64,000 bases of DNA from Chloroflexota bacterium (GTDB lineage: Bacteria; Chloroflexota; UBA11872; VXOZ01): the NCBI GenBank assembly GCA_964291655.2, contig OZ219802.1, forward strand, positions 2,336,001-2,400,000, written 5' to 3'. Within the stretch, counting starts at the first letter, position 1. Every line of letters begins with the position of its first letter. The notes below the pieces were generated by a model that was not told the DNA's origin, did no database searches, and saw nothing but the letters and a program-made list of their open reading frames with translations. The translations under genes and the position numbers were made by a program. Of the stretch, positions 28,520 through 38,588 are shown one piece after another.

Positions 28520-29566
28520 ATGGCCGTACAGAGCGCACAGATCCTGTCACAAGACGAGTTGGCAGCGAAACTGGCAGAACAGCCGCGCGTCGAGCTCGGC
28601 ACATTCCCCACGCCCTTAGACGCTTGCCCCCGGCTTTCAGAGGCCGTGGGCGGGCCGCCGATCTACATCAAGCGCGACGACCTCACGGGCCTCGCCCTCG
28701 GAGGTAACAAGACCCGCAACCTGGAGTTTCAGTTAGGTTCGGCGCTAGCTCAGGGCTGCGATAGCGTGGTAGCCGGGGCTGATACCCAGTCGAACCAGTG
28801 CCGCCAGGCCTCCGCGGCCTGTGCCAAAGTGGGGCTGGAGTGCTTCCTCGTCCTGGCCGGCGGTCTCCACAACGAGGTGCAGGGCAACCTGCTGCTCGAT
28901 CACATCTTTGGCGCAAGCGTCACGGTGTTGGAAGACGTGAATATCGACGGCCTGCAAGCGCGCATCGATCCCATAGAGGCGGAGTTGCGCGCACAGGGCA
29001 GGAAGCCGTACCGCATCACGAGCATGTACCCCGAACCGGCGCTGCGGGCCATGTGTGGCTACTTGAGTTGCGCGCTGGAGCTTTCTACCCAGCTAGATTC
29101 TCTTCCCAATCCGCCAAGCACAATCTTCATCACTTCCGGCTCCGGCACGACCCACGCGGGTTTTGCGGCCGGAATCAAAGTGCTGGGACTGCCAATTAAA
29201 GTGGTTGGCATCACGATCAAAGAACCCGCGGACGAGCAGCGTGAGACCGTGGCAGCGCGATCCCAGCGGCTGGCGGAACAGCTTGACATTCCGTGCGGCC
29301 TTTCCGCGGATGAGGTCCACGTCTCGGATGACTATCTCGGCGCAGGCTACGGCGCGGTAACTGACGAAGGCATGGAAGCCATCCGGCTCACGGCCCAGCT
29401 CGAGGGTATATTGCTCGAACCCGTCTACACGGGCAAGACGATGTCCGGCGTCATCAACATGGCCCGCAACGGCGACCTGCCCCCCGATCAGCCGGTGATC
29501 ATGGTGCACACCGGCGGCATTCCAGCGCTCTTCGCGTACCACGAAGAGATGATGGCTGCACTCTAG
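28520..29566 (+). CDS. PLP-dependent D-cysteine desulfhydrase-family protein (ACC deaminase fold)
   Basis: KRDDLTG..GGNKTR, QSNQ, SGSGTT, EPVYTGK, HTGG (Thr residues favour D-Cys desulfhydrase type); RBS AAGGAGG. Confidence 0.88.
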   Translation: MAVQSAQILSQDELAAKLAEQPRVELGTFPTPLDACPRLSEAVGGPPIYIKRDDLTGLALGGNKTRNLEFQLGSALAQGCDSVVAGADTQSNQCRQASAACAKVGLECFLVLAGGLHNEVQGNLLLDHIFGASVTVLEDVNIDGLQARIDPIEAELRAQGRKPYRITSMYPEPALRAMCGYLSCALELSTQLDSLPNPPSTIFITSGSGTTHAGFAAGIKVLGLPIKVVGITIKEPADEQRETVAARSQRLAEQLDIPCGLSADEVHVSDDYLGAGYGAVTDEGMEAIRLTAQLEGILLEPVYTGKTMSGVINMARNGDLPPDQPVIMVHTGGIPALFAYHEEMMAAL

Positions 29567-29648
29567 TAGGTGCAAGAGAGCGACATGACAATCTGCGGAC
29601 CGGCGATTGTGACGGCGGAAAGAGCCTCGAGTCTGAGGTAAGCAACCC

Positions 29649-30122
29649 ATGGGTACTATGAAACGGCTGGCGGCCATGGCGGGGTGTTGGCAAGGGTCCA
29701 ACCGCCTGCACGATCCCTTCTCGGGCAAGCCCGAAGATTCCACGTCCTCGATGGAACTGACCCCGCTCCTGGGGGGCCGGTTCATCCGTTTGGACTACGA
29801 CTGGAGCTACCGGGGCGCACGGCAGGAAGGCTCCCTTCTCATAGGCTGCCAACCAGACCACGGCAGGATGTCGGTTCACTGGATCGATTCGTGGCACATG
29901 TCGCACGACGTGCTGGCCTGCACCGGCGCCGTCGAGGAGAGCGGCGACGTCGACGTGCGCGGCAGCTACGCCGCGCCGCCGGGCCCGGACTGGGGCTGGC
30001 GCATCGTCATTCGGCCGGCAGAACCGGCTGCGCTGCACGTTGTCATGCACAACGTGACCCCCGGCGGCGAAGGGGAAGTGGCCGTCGAGGCGACTTTCAC
30101 GCGGGCGGAAGTCACCGACTGA
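29649..30122 (+). CDS. DUF1579-like protein
   Basis: LAAMAGCWQG, LGGRFI..DY, HWIDSWH, WGWRI. Confidence 0.7.
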   Translation: MGTMKRLAAMAGCWQGSNRLHDPFSGKPEDSTSSMELTPLLGGRFIRLDYDWSYRGARQEGSLLIGCQPDHGRMSVHWIDSWHMSHDVLACTGAVEESGDVDVRGSYAAPPGPDWGWRIVIRPAEPAALHVVMHNVTPGGEGEVAVEATFTRAEVTD

Positions 30123-30157
30123 GTTGGAGGTTCCAGTGACGTCCTGGTGCTCGGACG

Positions 30158-30538
30158 TTAGCCTGCGGTCCCGTCCTTGCGGCTGTGGAGAAGAATCAGG
30201 TTGCCGTCGGGGTCAGCGATTCCTGCCGCGTAACAGGTAGTCTGCTCGCCGGGCTCGAGCACCACGTCCACCCCCTGCTCACGAAGTTCGTCAATGGCTT
30301 GGTGCACGTCATCGACTGCTATTGCAATTGCGGCGCTGCTGGCCTCTCCTTTCGCGGCATGGTCCTCGCGAGAGGACCGCAGCGCGAGCACCGTTGGCGT
30401 GTCACCGATCGCAAACTCCACCCACCCCGGATCGATCCACGCAAAGAGCGTTAGGCCCAGCGTGTTCTCGTAGAATTCTGCGCTGCGGCGAATGTCACTG
30501 ACGGTGTAACAGAAGAAATCGATGCCTCTCGGTTTCAT
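30158..30538 (-). CDS. VOC/glyoxalase family protein
   Basis: VSDIRRSAEFYENTLGL, VDDV, IADPDGNLI; RBS GGAGAG before ATG 30538. Confidence 0.9.
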   Translation of the reverse strand: MKPRGIDFFCYTVSDIRRSAEFYENTLGLTLFAWIDPGWVEFAIGDTPTVLALRSSREDHAAKGEASSAAIAIAVDDVHQAIDELREQGVDVVLEPGEQTTCYAAGIADPDGNLILLHSRKDGTAG

Positions 30539-30900
30539 TATTCTCTCCACAGTCGATCAACATCACTGTGTTGATGTTCCGGCGTAGGTTAGGTTTACCC
30601 TGAGTGATGCGAGTGCAAGGTAGTCTGTCTCGATAGTAGCAGAAGCATGAAGCGATTCCAGCGATCTCAATTCATACTGCAGCTTTCTTTGGGAAAGCAG
30701 GGCGGCTCGGCTCCATTCAATGTGTCATTAATCTCCGCTCAGTGGCGCACCCTCTCGATGGTTGCGGTGCGACAGTCTTGACGAGCAACTCAAAGTCGTA
30801 TAGAACTATAGGAGAGGTAAGGCATTGCCACGCTAAGGAGATCGTTGCAATCGCGGTCGCTCCTTAGTTAGAGGCACAACTCTAATGGAGGTTTTCCGTA

Positions 30901-32313
30901 ATGGGTATTGTGCGTTCTATGAAAGTCACCCGGCGTACGGCACTCGCGAGCGCGGGAGCAAGCGCGCTCGGCGTGATGATAGCCGCAGCGTGCGGTCAGG
31001 CGACCGTGACAGCGCCCGAGGAAGCTCCCAAAGAGGAGATGAAGGAGGAGGCGCCCAAGGCTGAGGCGACGGCAATGCCGGAGGTCGAAACCGCAACAAT
31101 CGCCATGATCTCGGCGGAGAAACCCACTACGCGGCCGGTCTTGGAGCCAATCCTCGCCGATTTCACCGAGCAGATGCCGCACATCGCGGTTGACCTGGTG
31201 CCGTCCGGCGGTTGGGGCGAGGTGAGAACGAAGTTCTATGCGGCGCAGGCGGCCGGCGATCCGATTAACATCATGGAGAACGGCTGGAGCGCGGTTCTGA
31301 CGACATTTGAAACCGGTGTGACGATCGACCTCGCGCCGTTCTTTACGCGGGACAAGATTGATCCCGCCGCCACTTTTGCCGCCCCGGCCATAAACATGTG
31401 GACCGTGGAAGGCAGAATTCTCGGTATGCCCATCACCATGTCGGTAGACTCAATGGCCTACAACGTGGAGATCTTCGAGGCGGCCGGCATCAATCCCCTG
31501 CCCGTAGACCTTAACGACACCGACTGGAACATGGAAACACTCCTGGACTTGTCTACGCAGCTTACCAATGAAGACCGCACGCAGTTCGGCCACGGCGGCG
31601 GCATAACCTGCTCCAATGGCGGCGGCATCGGTACCGGCACCTTCTGGGGCGTGGGTCCGTGGGACTCCGAGGAGGGACGGGCAACGATAGACACGCCGGA
31701 GTTTATCGACGCGCTGGACTGGTGGCGCGATTTCGGCGACAAGCACCGCGTGACACCGAACGCTGATGAGCGTGAGGCGGCCATGGGTGGGCAGAGCGGC
31801 AACGTCTTCATGTCCGGTAAAGTGGCAATGCAGCTTACGTGCACGTCGTTCCGCGACGCGCCATTCACGTGGGCGCTGGCGACCATGCCGTATTCCGGCG
31901 AGGGGCCGAGCCAATCAGGCCGCACGTGGACGCACCCATTGCAGATGGCAGACGACGGCACCGACCAGAACGACTTGTCATGGGAGCTCTTCAAGTGGCT
32001 CCTACAGCCGGAAAACGGTGGTCGCTATCCGCCGTCGGCAGGTCACGTCGTGTCGCCTCTCTTGGATGACAACGCGTCAACGTTGGCGCAAGATGGCTAC
32101 AAAAATAGCTTGGGCGTCGACCCCAGAGCGTTCTTGCTCCACTCGCGTACCACGAAGCCGGCCGGCTGGGGCCTGTGGACGTTCACGGAGTTTGGTGACA
32201 TCTCCGGCGACCTCAACGGCCAGTATCGCGAGTTCCTTGCCGGAAGTCTCACAGCCGCGGAGTACGCGCGCTGGGCGGCCGATCTAATCAACGAGACACT
32301 CGGCGGCAAGTAG
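30901..32313 (+). CDS. ABC-type extracellular solute-binding lipoprotein
   Basis: Tat-like TRRTAL, lipobox AAAC, AYNVEIFEAAGI, FMSGKVAM. Confidence 0.88.
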   Translation: MGIVRSMKVTRRTALASAGASALGVMIAAACGQATVTAPEEAPKEEMKEEAPKAEATAMPEVETATIAMISAEKPTTRPVLEPILADFTEQMPHIAVDLVPSGGWGEVRTKFYAAQAAGDPINIMENGWSAVLTTFETGVTIDLAPFFTRDKIDPAATFAAPAINMWTVEGRILGMPITMSVDSMAYNVEIFEAAGINPLPVDLNDTDWNMETLLDLSTQLTNEDRTQFGHGGGITCSNGGGIGTGTFWGVGPWDSEEGRATIDTPEFIDALDWWRDFGDKHRVTPNADEREAAMGGQSGNVFMSGKVAMQLTCTSFRDAPFTWALATMPYSGEGPSQSGRTWTHPLQMADDGTDQNDLSWELFKWLLQPENGGRYPPSAGHVVSPLLDDNASTLAQDGYKNSLGVDPRAFLLHSRTTKPAGWGLWTFTEFGDISGDLNGQYREFLAGSLTAAEYARWAADLINETLGGK

Positions 32314-32417
32314 ACGGCAGCTTCACGCGCCCACTGGGCTTTCGGTGGGTGTGCCTTTGGCGCAATCGCCGCGCCCGGAAGGTGGCGACCGGCCTGGGAA
32401 TAAGTTGGTCGCATTGT

Positions 32418-32674
32418 GTAGGGGCACGATATATCGTGCCCCTACGTGCCTGCTGTGCACGGTGATTTGCAGTCATTCCCGCGCAAACTCGCGCCTGTGC
32501 GGAGGCGCGGAATCCATCTTCATGTGCTGCAAAATTGTCTTGCTAGGCCGATAAGTAGGTAGCCACATCCGAAACTGCTTACCCTGTCAGTCGAATTTGC
32601 CACTCATTCTGGGAACCAAGGCGCTAAAGATCTCCCGCAATCACCTGAGATTCCTCGCTCTCCCTCGGAATGAC
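32418..32674. repeat. REP cluster (GTAG-type palindrome plus inverted REP-B pair)
   Basis: GTAGGGGCACGATATATCGTGCCCCTAC; GTCATTCCCGCG..GCGGAATCC; AGATTCCTCGCTCTCCCTCGGAATGAC. Confidence 0.75.
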
Positions 32675-32697
32675 GGAACTGTAGAAGGAGCGCTACA

Positions 32698-34149
32698 TTG
32701 GCAGTTCTCCGACCGAGTCAACTGAGGCTCGGCACCGGCGCCGAGCGCATCAACCCGCCGCTCGGCGTGCCGTTGCCCCTGGCCTACAGCGGCGGTGGAG
32801 CGCCTGTGGTGGTTGAAGGTCGGTACGATGACTGCTGGGCGCGGGCGATGGTGCTGGAGCAGGGCGAAACTCGGCTGGCGATTATCTCGGTAGACCTCTG
32901 CACCATGCGTGACGACCAATACCAGAAGGTCGTCGCTCGCATTGCGTTGCGCTGTCACATCCCTACGGAAAACATCGCCATCGCGTGTACGCACAATCAC
33001 TCGAACAACTCACTGCTGGAGCCCTTCGACGCGCCGCCCTCACCGTGGCAGGAGACGTTGAACGATCTGATCGTCTCCGCTGTGTACCAGGCGAGCCAAC
33101 GTTTGGAGCCGGTTGCGCGCATTCGCTTCGCCACGGCGCGGTACGGCAACGTCGCCTATAACCGCCGGGTTGTGCTACCCGAAGTCGTGTGTATGCTCAT
33201 TGGCGCAGAACCGAATTGGGAGAGCATTGAAGAGCGGTTGACGGGCGCATTGGGAGCGACGCGGGAGCAATTGGGTATACCGAGCGATCCTGTTGTCCCC
33301 GCTGGGATTGTGGACGACCGCTTGCGCCTGTTGGCATTTGAAGGCGCCGGAGAAGCAACCATCGCCAGTATCGTAAGCGCCGCGTGCCATCCGGTCACGC
33401 ATAGTTTTGCCGATCAGCATACCTGTGCAGACTATCCCGGCATTCTTGTCAGGCAAGCAGAGCGCGAATTGGGCGGTAGGGCGCTCTTTCTGCAAGGCTG
33501 TAGCGGCGACGTGCGCACGCGCTATCGCGAACCTACCTACAGGGAGGTAGAGCGGGTGGGCGAGCAGTATGGCAGTGCCTTGCGCGAGGCGGCGAGCAAT
33601 TTTGAGGAAATTGCCGGGCCGCACACGATCGGCGCCATAAAGCAACAGATAGAATTGCCCCTGAAGCCATATCAAGCGCGGCAGAAGCAGCAGACCCGGC
33701 TGGCTGAGCTTGAGGAATCCCTGCGCAAGATGGCGCACGTGCCTGCCGATTGTGCCAATGACATTCGGGAACGCTGGGCCGTCTATCAGGAATGCGCCTT
33801 CCTGCGCTATCAACTGAAGTGGGGCGACCTTGAAACCCGCCGGGCGGATTTAGAGCGCGAATGCGTGTCGGTAACTCTGCAGGCGCTGCAAATCGGCGGA
33901 GTGTTAGTGCTCACTTCCCCCGCGGAGGTCTTTGCCGAGACGGGCATAGGACTAACAGATTGGGCTGCAGAACAGGGGTGGCGAGGCAGTATCGTGTCAT
34001 CTTGCACCAACGGCTACGTCAATTACATTCCACCCCGGGCAGAGGCGGACCGCGGCGGCTTTGAGCCAAGCTGCACCATGCTTGCACCCGGCGCGTGCGA
34101 GCAGATGGTCGCTTCTCTCAAGGCTTTGGGCCGGCAGGTGTCGGCCTAG
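32698..34149 (+). CDS. Neutral/alkaline ceramidase-superfamily hydrolase
   Basis: ARAMVL, IACTHNHS, ACHPV, ADYPG, FLQGCSGD, PAEVF, YIP. Confidence 0.8.
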   Translation: MAVLRPSQLRLGTGAERINPPLGVPLPLAYSGGGAPVVVEGRYDDCWARAMVLEQGETRLAIISVDLCTMRDDQYQKVVARIALRCHIPTENIAIACTHNHSNNSLLEPFDAPPSPWQETLNDLIVSAVYQASQRLEPVARIRFATARYGNVAYNRRVVLPEVVCMLIGAEPNWESIEERLTGALGATREQLGIPSDPVVPAGIVDDRLRLLAFEGAGEATIASIVSAACHPVTHSFADQHTCADYPGILVRQAERELGGRALFLQGCSGDVRTRYREPTYREVERVGEQYGSALREAASNFEEIAGPHTIGAIKQQIELPLKPYQARQKQQTRLAELEESLRKMAHVPADCANDIRERWAVYQECAFLRYQLKWGDLETRRADLERECVSVTLQALQIGGVLVLTSPAEVFAETGIGLTDWAAEQGWRGSIVSSCTNGYVNYIPPRAEADRGGFEPSCTMLAPGACEQMVASLKALGRQVSA

Positions 34150-34334
34150 GTAGATTGCGACTGAAATCACCGGACCCATGTGGTAAGAAGGCAAAGCTGC
34201 TTTCAGGAATGTCATCTGCACAAGAGTCGCGGCGAGCACCCTACCTGCGAAAGCAAAAGAGCGCCCAAACGGGCGCTCCCTCATTTCTGCCGAGCCTACC
34301 TGGACCTGCCAGCGGCGGGTCCGGCTATGCGTGG

Positions 34335-36293
34335 CTATGTGGCCATGCCGGGATACGGTCGGGTGCGGGGTTTTTGTGCGCTGTCATCGCTGTCCTGTGG
34401 GGGCGATGACGGCTGCTGGTCTTCATTGTCCACCAGCGTACTTGCCGCCTGGGTATCCACGTCGTCGGAGGGTTCAGGCTCTTCTTCGAAGAACGAACTG
34501 AAGGCCTTCCCGTCGAATGTCTCAACTTCCATGAGCGTGTCGGCAATCTCCACGAGCTTGTCCTTGTGCTCGGTGAGAACGCTCGATGCCCGATCATGGG
34601 CCTCCTGAATCAGTCCTTCGACTTCACCGTCAATATCTTGCGCTACCGCTTCGCTGTAGTTGCGCTGTTCTTGGATGTCTCGGCCCAAGAAGATGAGCTC
34701 TTCTTTGCGGCCAAATGCGCGGGGGCCGAGTTTCTCGCTCATGCCGTACTCCATGACCATGCGCCGCGCCAAGGTAGTGGCCATTTCAATATCGTTGGAA
34801 GCGCCAGTCGTCATTTCACCAAAGATCAGCACTTCCGCCGCGTAGCCGCCGAGGGCAAAGGCCATCTGTTGTCTAAATTGCGATCGCGTCCATAGGTGGC
34901 GGTCCTCCGGCGGAAGGACTCGAGTGTACCCACCGGCGCGACCCCGCGCTACGATGGAAATCTTGTGTACCGGGTCGACGTCCGGCAGCAATTGCGCCAC
35001 CAAAGCATGGCCCACCTCGTGGTACGCCGTGACTTTCTTTTCGCGCGGGCTTATGATGCGGCTGCGCCGTTCCGGGCCGGCGAGGACGCGTTCAACCGCT
35101 TCTTCAACCTCTTCCTGACTAATGGCTTTCTTGTTGCGCCGCGCGGCCAGCAACGCCGCTTCATTGAGCAGGTTCTTCAGATCGGCGCCGGAGAAGCCCG
35201 GCGTCTGTCGGGCGATGGTCTCCAAGTCCAGGTCATCCGCCAGCGGCTTATCCTTGCTGTATAGTTGCAGAATGTGCTCACGGCCTTGCACGTCGGGGCT
35301 GTCGAGGACCACCTGCCGGTCGAAGCGGCCTGGGCGCAGGAGCGCCGGATCGAGCACGTCCGGGCGGTTCGTCGCTGCCAGCACAATCACGCTGGTGTTC
35401 ATTTCGAAGCCGTCCATCTCGACGAGGATCTGGTTTAGCGTCTGCTCGCGCTCGTCATGGCTGCCGCCCAGTCCCGCGCCGCGCTGCCGTCCCACCGCAT
35501 CGATTTCGTCAATGAACACGATGCATGGCGCATTGCGCTTCGCCTGGTCGAAGAGATCGCGGACGCGCGAGGCGCCGACACCCACGAACATCTCGACAAA
35601 CTCAGAACCGCTGATACTAAAGAAAGGCACGCCTGCCTCACCGGCCACGGCGCGCGAGATGTGCGTCTTGCCGGTGCCGGGAGGGCCGACCAACAGGACT
35701 CCCTTGGGAATCTGCGCGCCCAACGCTTGGAAGCGCTCCGGGTACTTGAGAAATGCCACGACCTCTTGGAGCTCTTCTTTAGCTTCCTCCACGCCCGCCA
35801 CTTCCGCGAACGTAATCGTCGGATTGTTGCTCTTGAAGACTCTGGCTTTGCTCTTACCGAAAGAGAGCGCTTGGTTGTTCGTGCCCTGCGCCTGGCGCAT
35901 CATAAGCAGCAAAATGCCGCCAAAGATGAGAATCGGGAGAAATGTGCCCAAAATGGGGAGCAGGTTGCTGAATTGGCTGGGCTCCTGTACCGTCAGCTTT
36001 ATCTTGTCATCAGGAATCCCGCGGCTGTGCAGCGCCTCGAGCATATCCGTATCATCCATCATGCGGGCAGTAAGGCGCTGGTCTTCTATTTCAGCAGTCA
36101 GTCTATTGCCTGAGACGATGACGGTCGGGACTTGCTCATTCCACGCCGCTTCCTGCACCGCGGCCATGAATTCACTTAAAGAGACCGTCGTGTTCTCGCG
36201 GGTCTGGGGGGCAAACAGCGTAAAGATAATGGCCAAGATGGCGACGGTAATGACCAGGTAGACAAACCCGTTCTTCAACCACTTGCTATCCAC
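34335..36293 (-). CDS. ftsH: ATP-dependent zinc metalloprotease FtsH
   Basis: Two TM helices, [32 protein letters not shown]. Confidence 0.97.
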   Translation of the reverse strand: MDSKWLKNGFVYLVITVAILAIIFTLFAPQTRENTTVSLSEFMAAVQEAAWNEQVPTVIVSGNRLTAEIEDQRLTARMMDDTDMLEALHSRGIPDDKIKLTVQEPSQFSNLLPILGTFLPILIFGGILLLMMRQAQGTNNQALSFGKSKARVFKSNNPTITFAEVAGVEEAKEELQEVVAFLKYPERFQALGAQIPKGVLLVGPPGTGKTHISRAVAGEAGVPFFSISGSEFVEMFVGVGASRVRDLFDQAKRNAPCIVFIDEIDAVGRQRGAGLGGSHDEREQTLNQILVEMDGFEMNTSVIVLAATNRPDVLDPALLRPGRFDRQVVLDSPDVQGREHILQLYSKDKPLADDLDLETIARQTPGFSGADLKNLLNEAALLAARRNKKAISQEEVEEAVERVLAGPERRSRIISPREKKVTAYHEVGHALVAQLLPDVDPVHKISIVARGRAGGYTRVLPPEDRHLWTRSQFRQQMAFALGGYAAEVLIFGEMTTGASNDIEMATTLARRMVMEYGMSEKLGPRAFGRKEELIFLGRDIQEQRNYSEAVAQDIDGEVEGLIQEAHDRASSVLTEHKDKLVEIADTLMEVETFDGKAFSSFFEEEPEPSDDVDTQAASTLVDNEDQQPSSPPQDSDDSAQKPRTRPYPGMAT

Positions 36294-36365
36294 TATGTTC
36301 TTCCTAAGTTAGACGCCCTTTGCAAGGCGAATTGCGCTACGGTTCGCTACGTAGTCAGCACGCTC

Positions 36366-36374
36366 ATTATACCA
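36366..36374 (-). promoter_or_regulatory. Extended -10 promoter of ftsH
   Basis: TGgTATAAT on minus strand about 75 nt upstream of the start. Confidence 0.55.
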
Positions 36375-36677
36375 TACAGTGCTTTATACCAAACGTATGC
36401 AATTTCGGAGCGACCCAGTCAATCTGTCAGTCGATGGTTTGTGGTCGAGTTGTTGCTCTCGCCATTGCCATTGCAAGACCGGTGCAGCGGATCAGTTCTG
36501 CGCTACCAGCGTTCGCACCCCAGGCCCCAATTGCTTCACGTTTGCCGGTGAAAGTAAGGGTTTGTCATGGCTGTCTGCAAGGAGCAGCAGTGATACAACG
36601 CGAGGGTAAACGTCGCTGGAACTCCCGGGAACCGGTAGAGAACTACGTTACATTGTAGTCGTGACAAGTAAGCGATT

Positions 36678-38588
36678 CTATGTAGAGGGGACCGCGCTTG
36701 GCTCTTCGGCGGCTTCCTCGCCCTCCATGCCTGCGGTCACGCCGGTAGTGTAGAGTTCCGCGTAGAACCCCTGTGCTGCCAGCAACTCGTCGTGCGCGCC
36801 CCGCTCGACGATTCTCCCGTCTCGCAGCACGAGAATGGCATCCGCATTCTTAATGGTAGAGAGCCGGTGGGCGATCACGAACGCCGTGCGCCCTTGCAGA
36901 AGCGTGGCAAGCGCGCGCTGGATGAGGATTTCCGTGTGGGCGTCCACGCTGCTCGTGGCTTCATCCAAGATGAGAATGTGCGGATCGATGAGCAGGGCGC
37001 GGGCGAAGCAGATCAACTGCCGTTGTCCCACGGAGAGCCGTCCGCCGCGTTCCATCACCGCCGTGTTGTAGCCGTCCGGCAGGCGACTGATGAACGCGTG
37101 AATGCCCACGGCTTGTGTCGCTGCCTCGACTTCCTCCATGCTGGCGTCGGGTTGGCCGTAACGTATGTTTTCCAGAATTGTGCCGGAAAAGAGAAAACTA
37201 TCCTGCAGCACCATGCCCACCTGACTGCGCAGCGTACGGATTTGCACGTCGCGGAGGTCGTGGCCGTCAATTGTGATGCTCCCTTCCTGCACATCGTAGA
37301 ACCGCATGAGGAGGTTGACGATGGAGGTCTTGCCCGCGCCGGTGGGGCCGACGAGCGCAATCGTCTCACCGGGTTTGGCCTCAAGATCGATCTCGGAAAG
37401 CACCGGTAGCTCGGGATCGTAGCCGAACGTCACGTCTGCGAAGCGGACGTGGCCGTTCACTGCCGGCAGCGCCAACGCATCCGGCTTGTCGGTAATTTCA
37501 GGATCGGTATCGAGCAGCGCAAAGATGCGCTCGCCGCCTGCCATCGCTTGCTGGAGGTTGGTGTACCAGGCCGATATCTCACGGATGGGATTGAAGAATT
37601 GCTGAACGAATGAGAGAAACGCCACCAGCGCCCCCACAGAGAGATTCCCATTCAGAACGCGGTAGCCCCCAAAGACGATGACGATACCGATAGCGAGTGC
37701 AGTCACCAATTCTACGGCTGGCGGGAACGCCGCCATCACTCTCGCGGCGCGGACCGAGGCGTCGAGATTTTCTCGATTTGTGCCTTGGAATTCGCGGTAG
37801 TTTACATCCTCGCGGGTAAAGGACTGCGCAACACGCACACCGCTGATGTTCTCCTGCAAGTTGGCATAGACCTTGCCCACGCGATGGCGCACCTCGCGAA
37901 AACGCGACCGTGCCTGTCCGCTAAAAATGCGCGTAATCAAGAACATCAACGGCATTACCACGAACGTCGCAAGGGAAAGCACGGGGTCCAAAATCATCAT
38001 TACGACGAGAATAAGGACGAGACCCAGCAGATCGGCCACGAGCGTCATTGTGCCCTGGGAGAACGCATTGTTGAGCGCATTCACGTCGCTGGTAACGCGC
38101 GCAATGATTACGCCAATCTCGTTACTGTCGAGATAACGGAAGGACAGCTTCTGCAGATGGGAGACAACGCGCACGCGGAGGGAGTGGAGCATGCGCTGCG
38201 AAATTGCGGCGATCAAGGCGCCATGGGTATAAGAAGAAACACCCATGACGACAAGGCTAAGCAAATAGAAGATGGCTGCAAAGGCCAAAAGGCGCGGGTT
38301 ATTCTTATCTATGCCGTCGTCGATTGCGATCTTGATCAATAACGGCCCCGACGTCATGGCTGCTGACGTCACCAGTACGAGAAACACTGCCACCAGGAGT
38401 TTTCCCCGGTGGGGTGTGAGGTAGGGCAGCATCCGCCGCACGACATTCTGGTCAAAAACCTTGCCGTCCGGGTCAACGTCTACCGTATCGTCGCTGCCCC
38501 GCCAGCCCCCACGCGAACCCATGCTGCCGCGGGAACTCATGCCACCGCCGCGCCAACTGCCTCCCATGTCGAAGCCGCCGCTAATCAT
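36678..38588 (-). CDS. ABC exporter, fused TMD-NBD, heterodimer subunit B
   Basis: GPTGAGKT, degenerate signature LSVGQ, ILDEATS, IAHR. Confidence 0.93.
   Translation of the reverse strand: MISGGFDMGGSWRGGGMSSRGSMGSRGGWRGSDDTVDVDPDGKVFDQNVVRRMLPYLTPHRGKLLVAVFLVLVTSAAMTSGPLLIKIAIDDGIDKNNPRLLAFAAIFYLLSLVVMGVSSYTHGALIAAISQRMLHSLRVRVVSHLQKLSFRYLDSNEIGVIIARVTSDVNALNNAFSQGTMTLVADLLGLVLILVVMMILDPVLSLATFVVMPLMFLITRIFSGQARSRFREVRHRVGKVYANLQENISGVRVAQSFTREDVNYREFQGTNRENLDASVRAARVMAAFPPAVELVTALAIGIVIVFGGYRVLNGNLSVGALVAFLSFVQQFFNPIREISAWYTNLQQAMAGGERIFALLDTDPEITDKPDALALPAVNGHVRFADVTFGYDPELPVLSEIDLEAKPGETIALVGPTGAGKTSIVNLLMRFYDVQEGSITIDGHDLRDVQIRTLRSQVGMVLQDSFLFSGTILENIRYGQPDASMEEVEAATQAVGIHAFISRLPDGYNTAVMERGGRLSVGQRQLICFARALLIDPHILILDEATSSVDAHTEILIQRALATLLQGRTAFVIAHRLSTIKNADAILVLRDGRIVERGAHDELLAAQGFYAELYTTGVTAGMEGEEAAEEPSAVPST

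Noticed and set aside
28520-29566. ACC deaminase (acdS) call
   Set aside because: VYTGK and HTGG carry Thr where true ACC deaminases have Glu and Leu.
35122-36261. 379-aa plus-strand ORF
   Set aside because: Antisense shadow of ftsH, typical of GC-rich coding DNA; no motifs.
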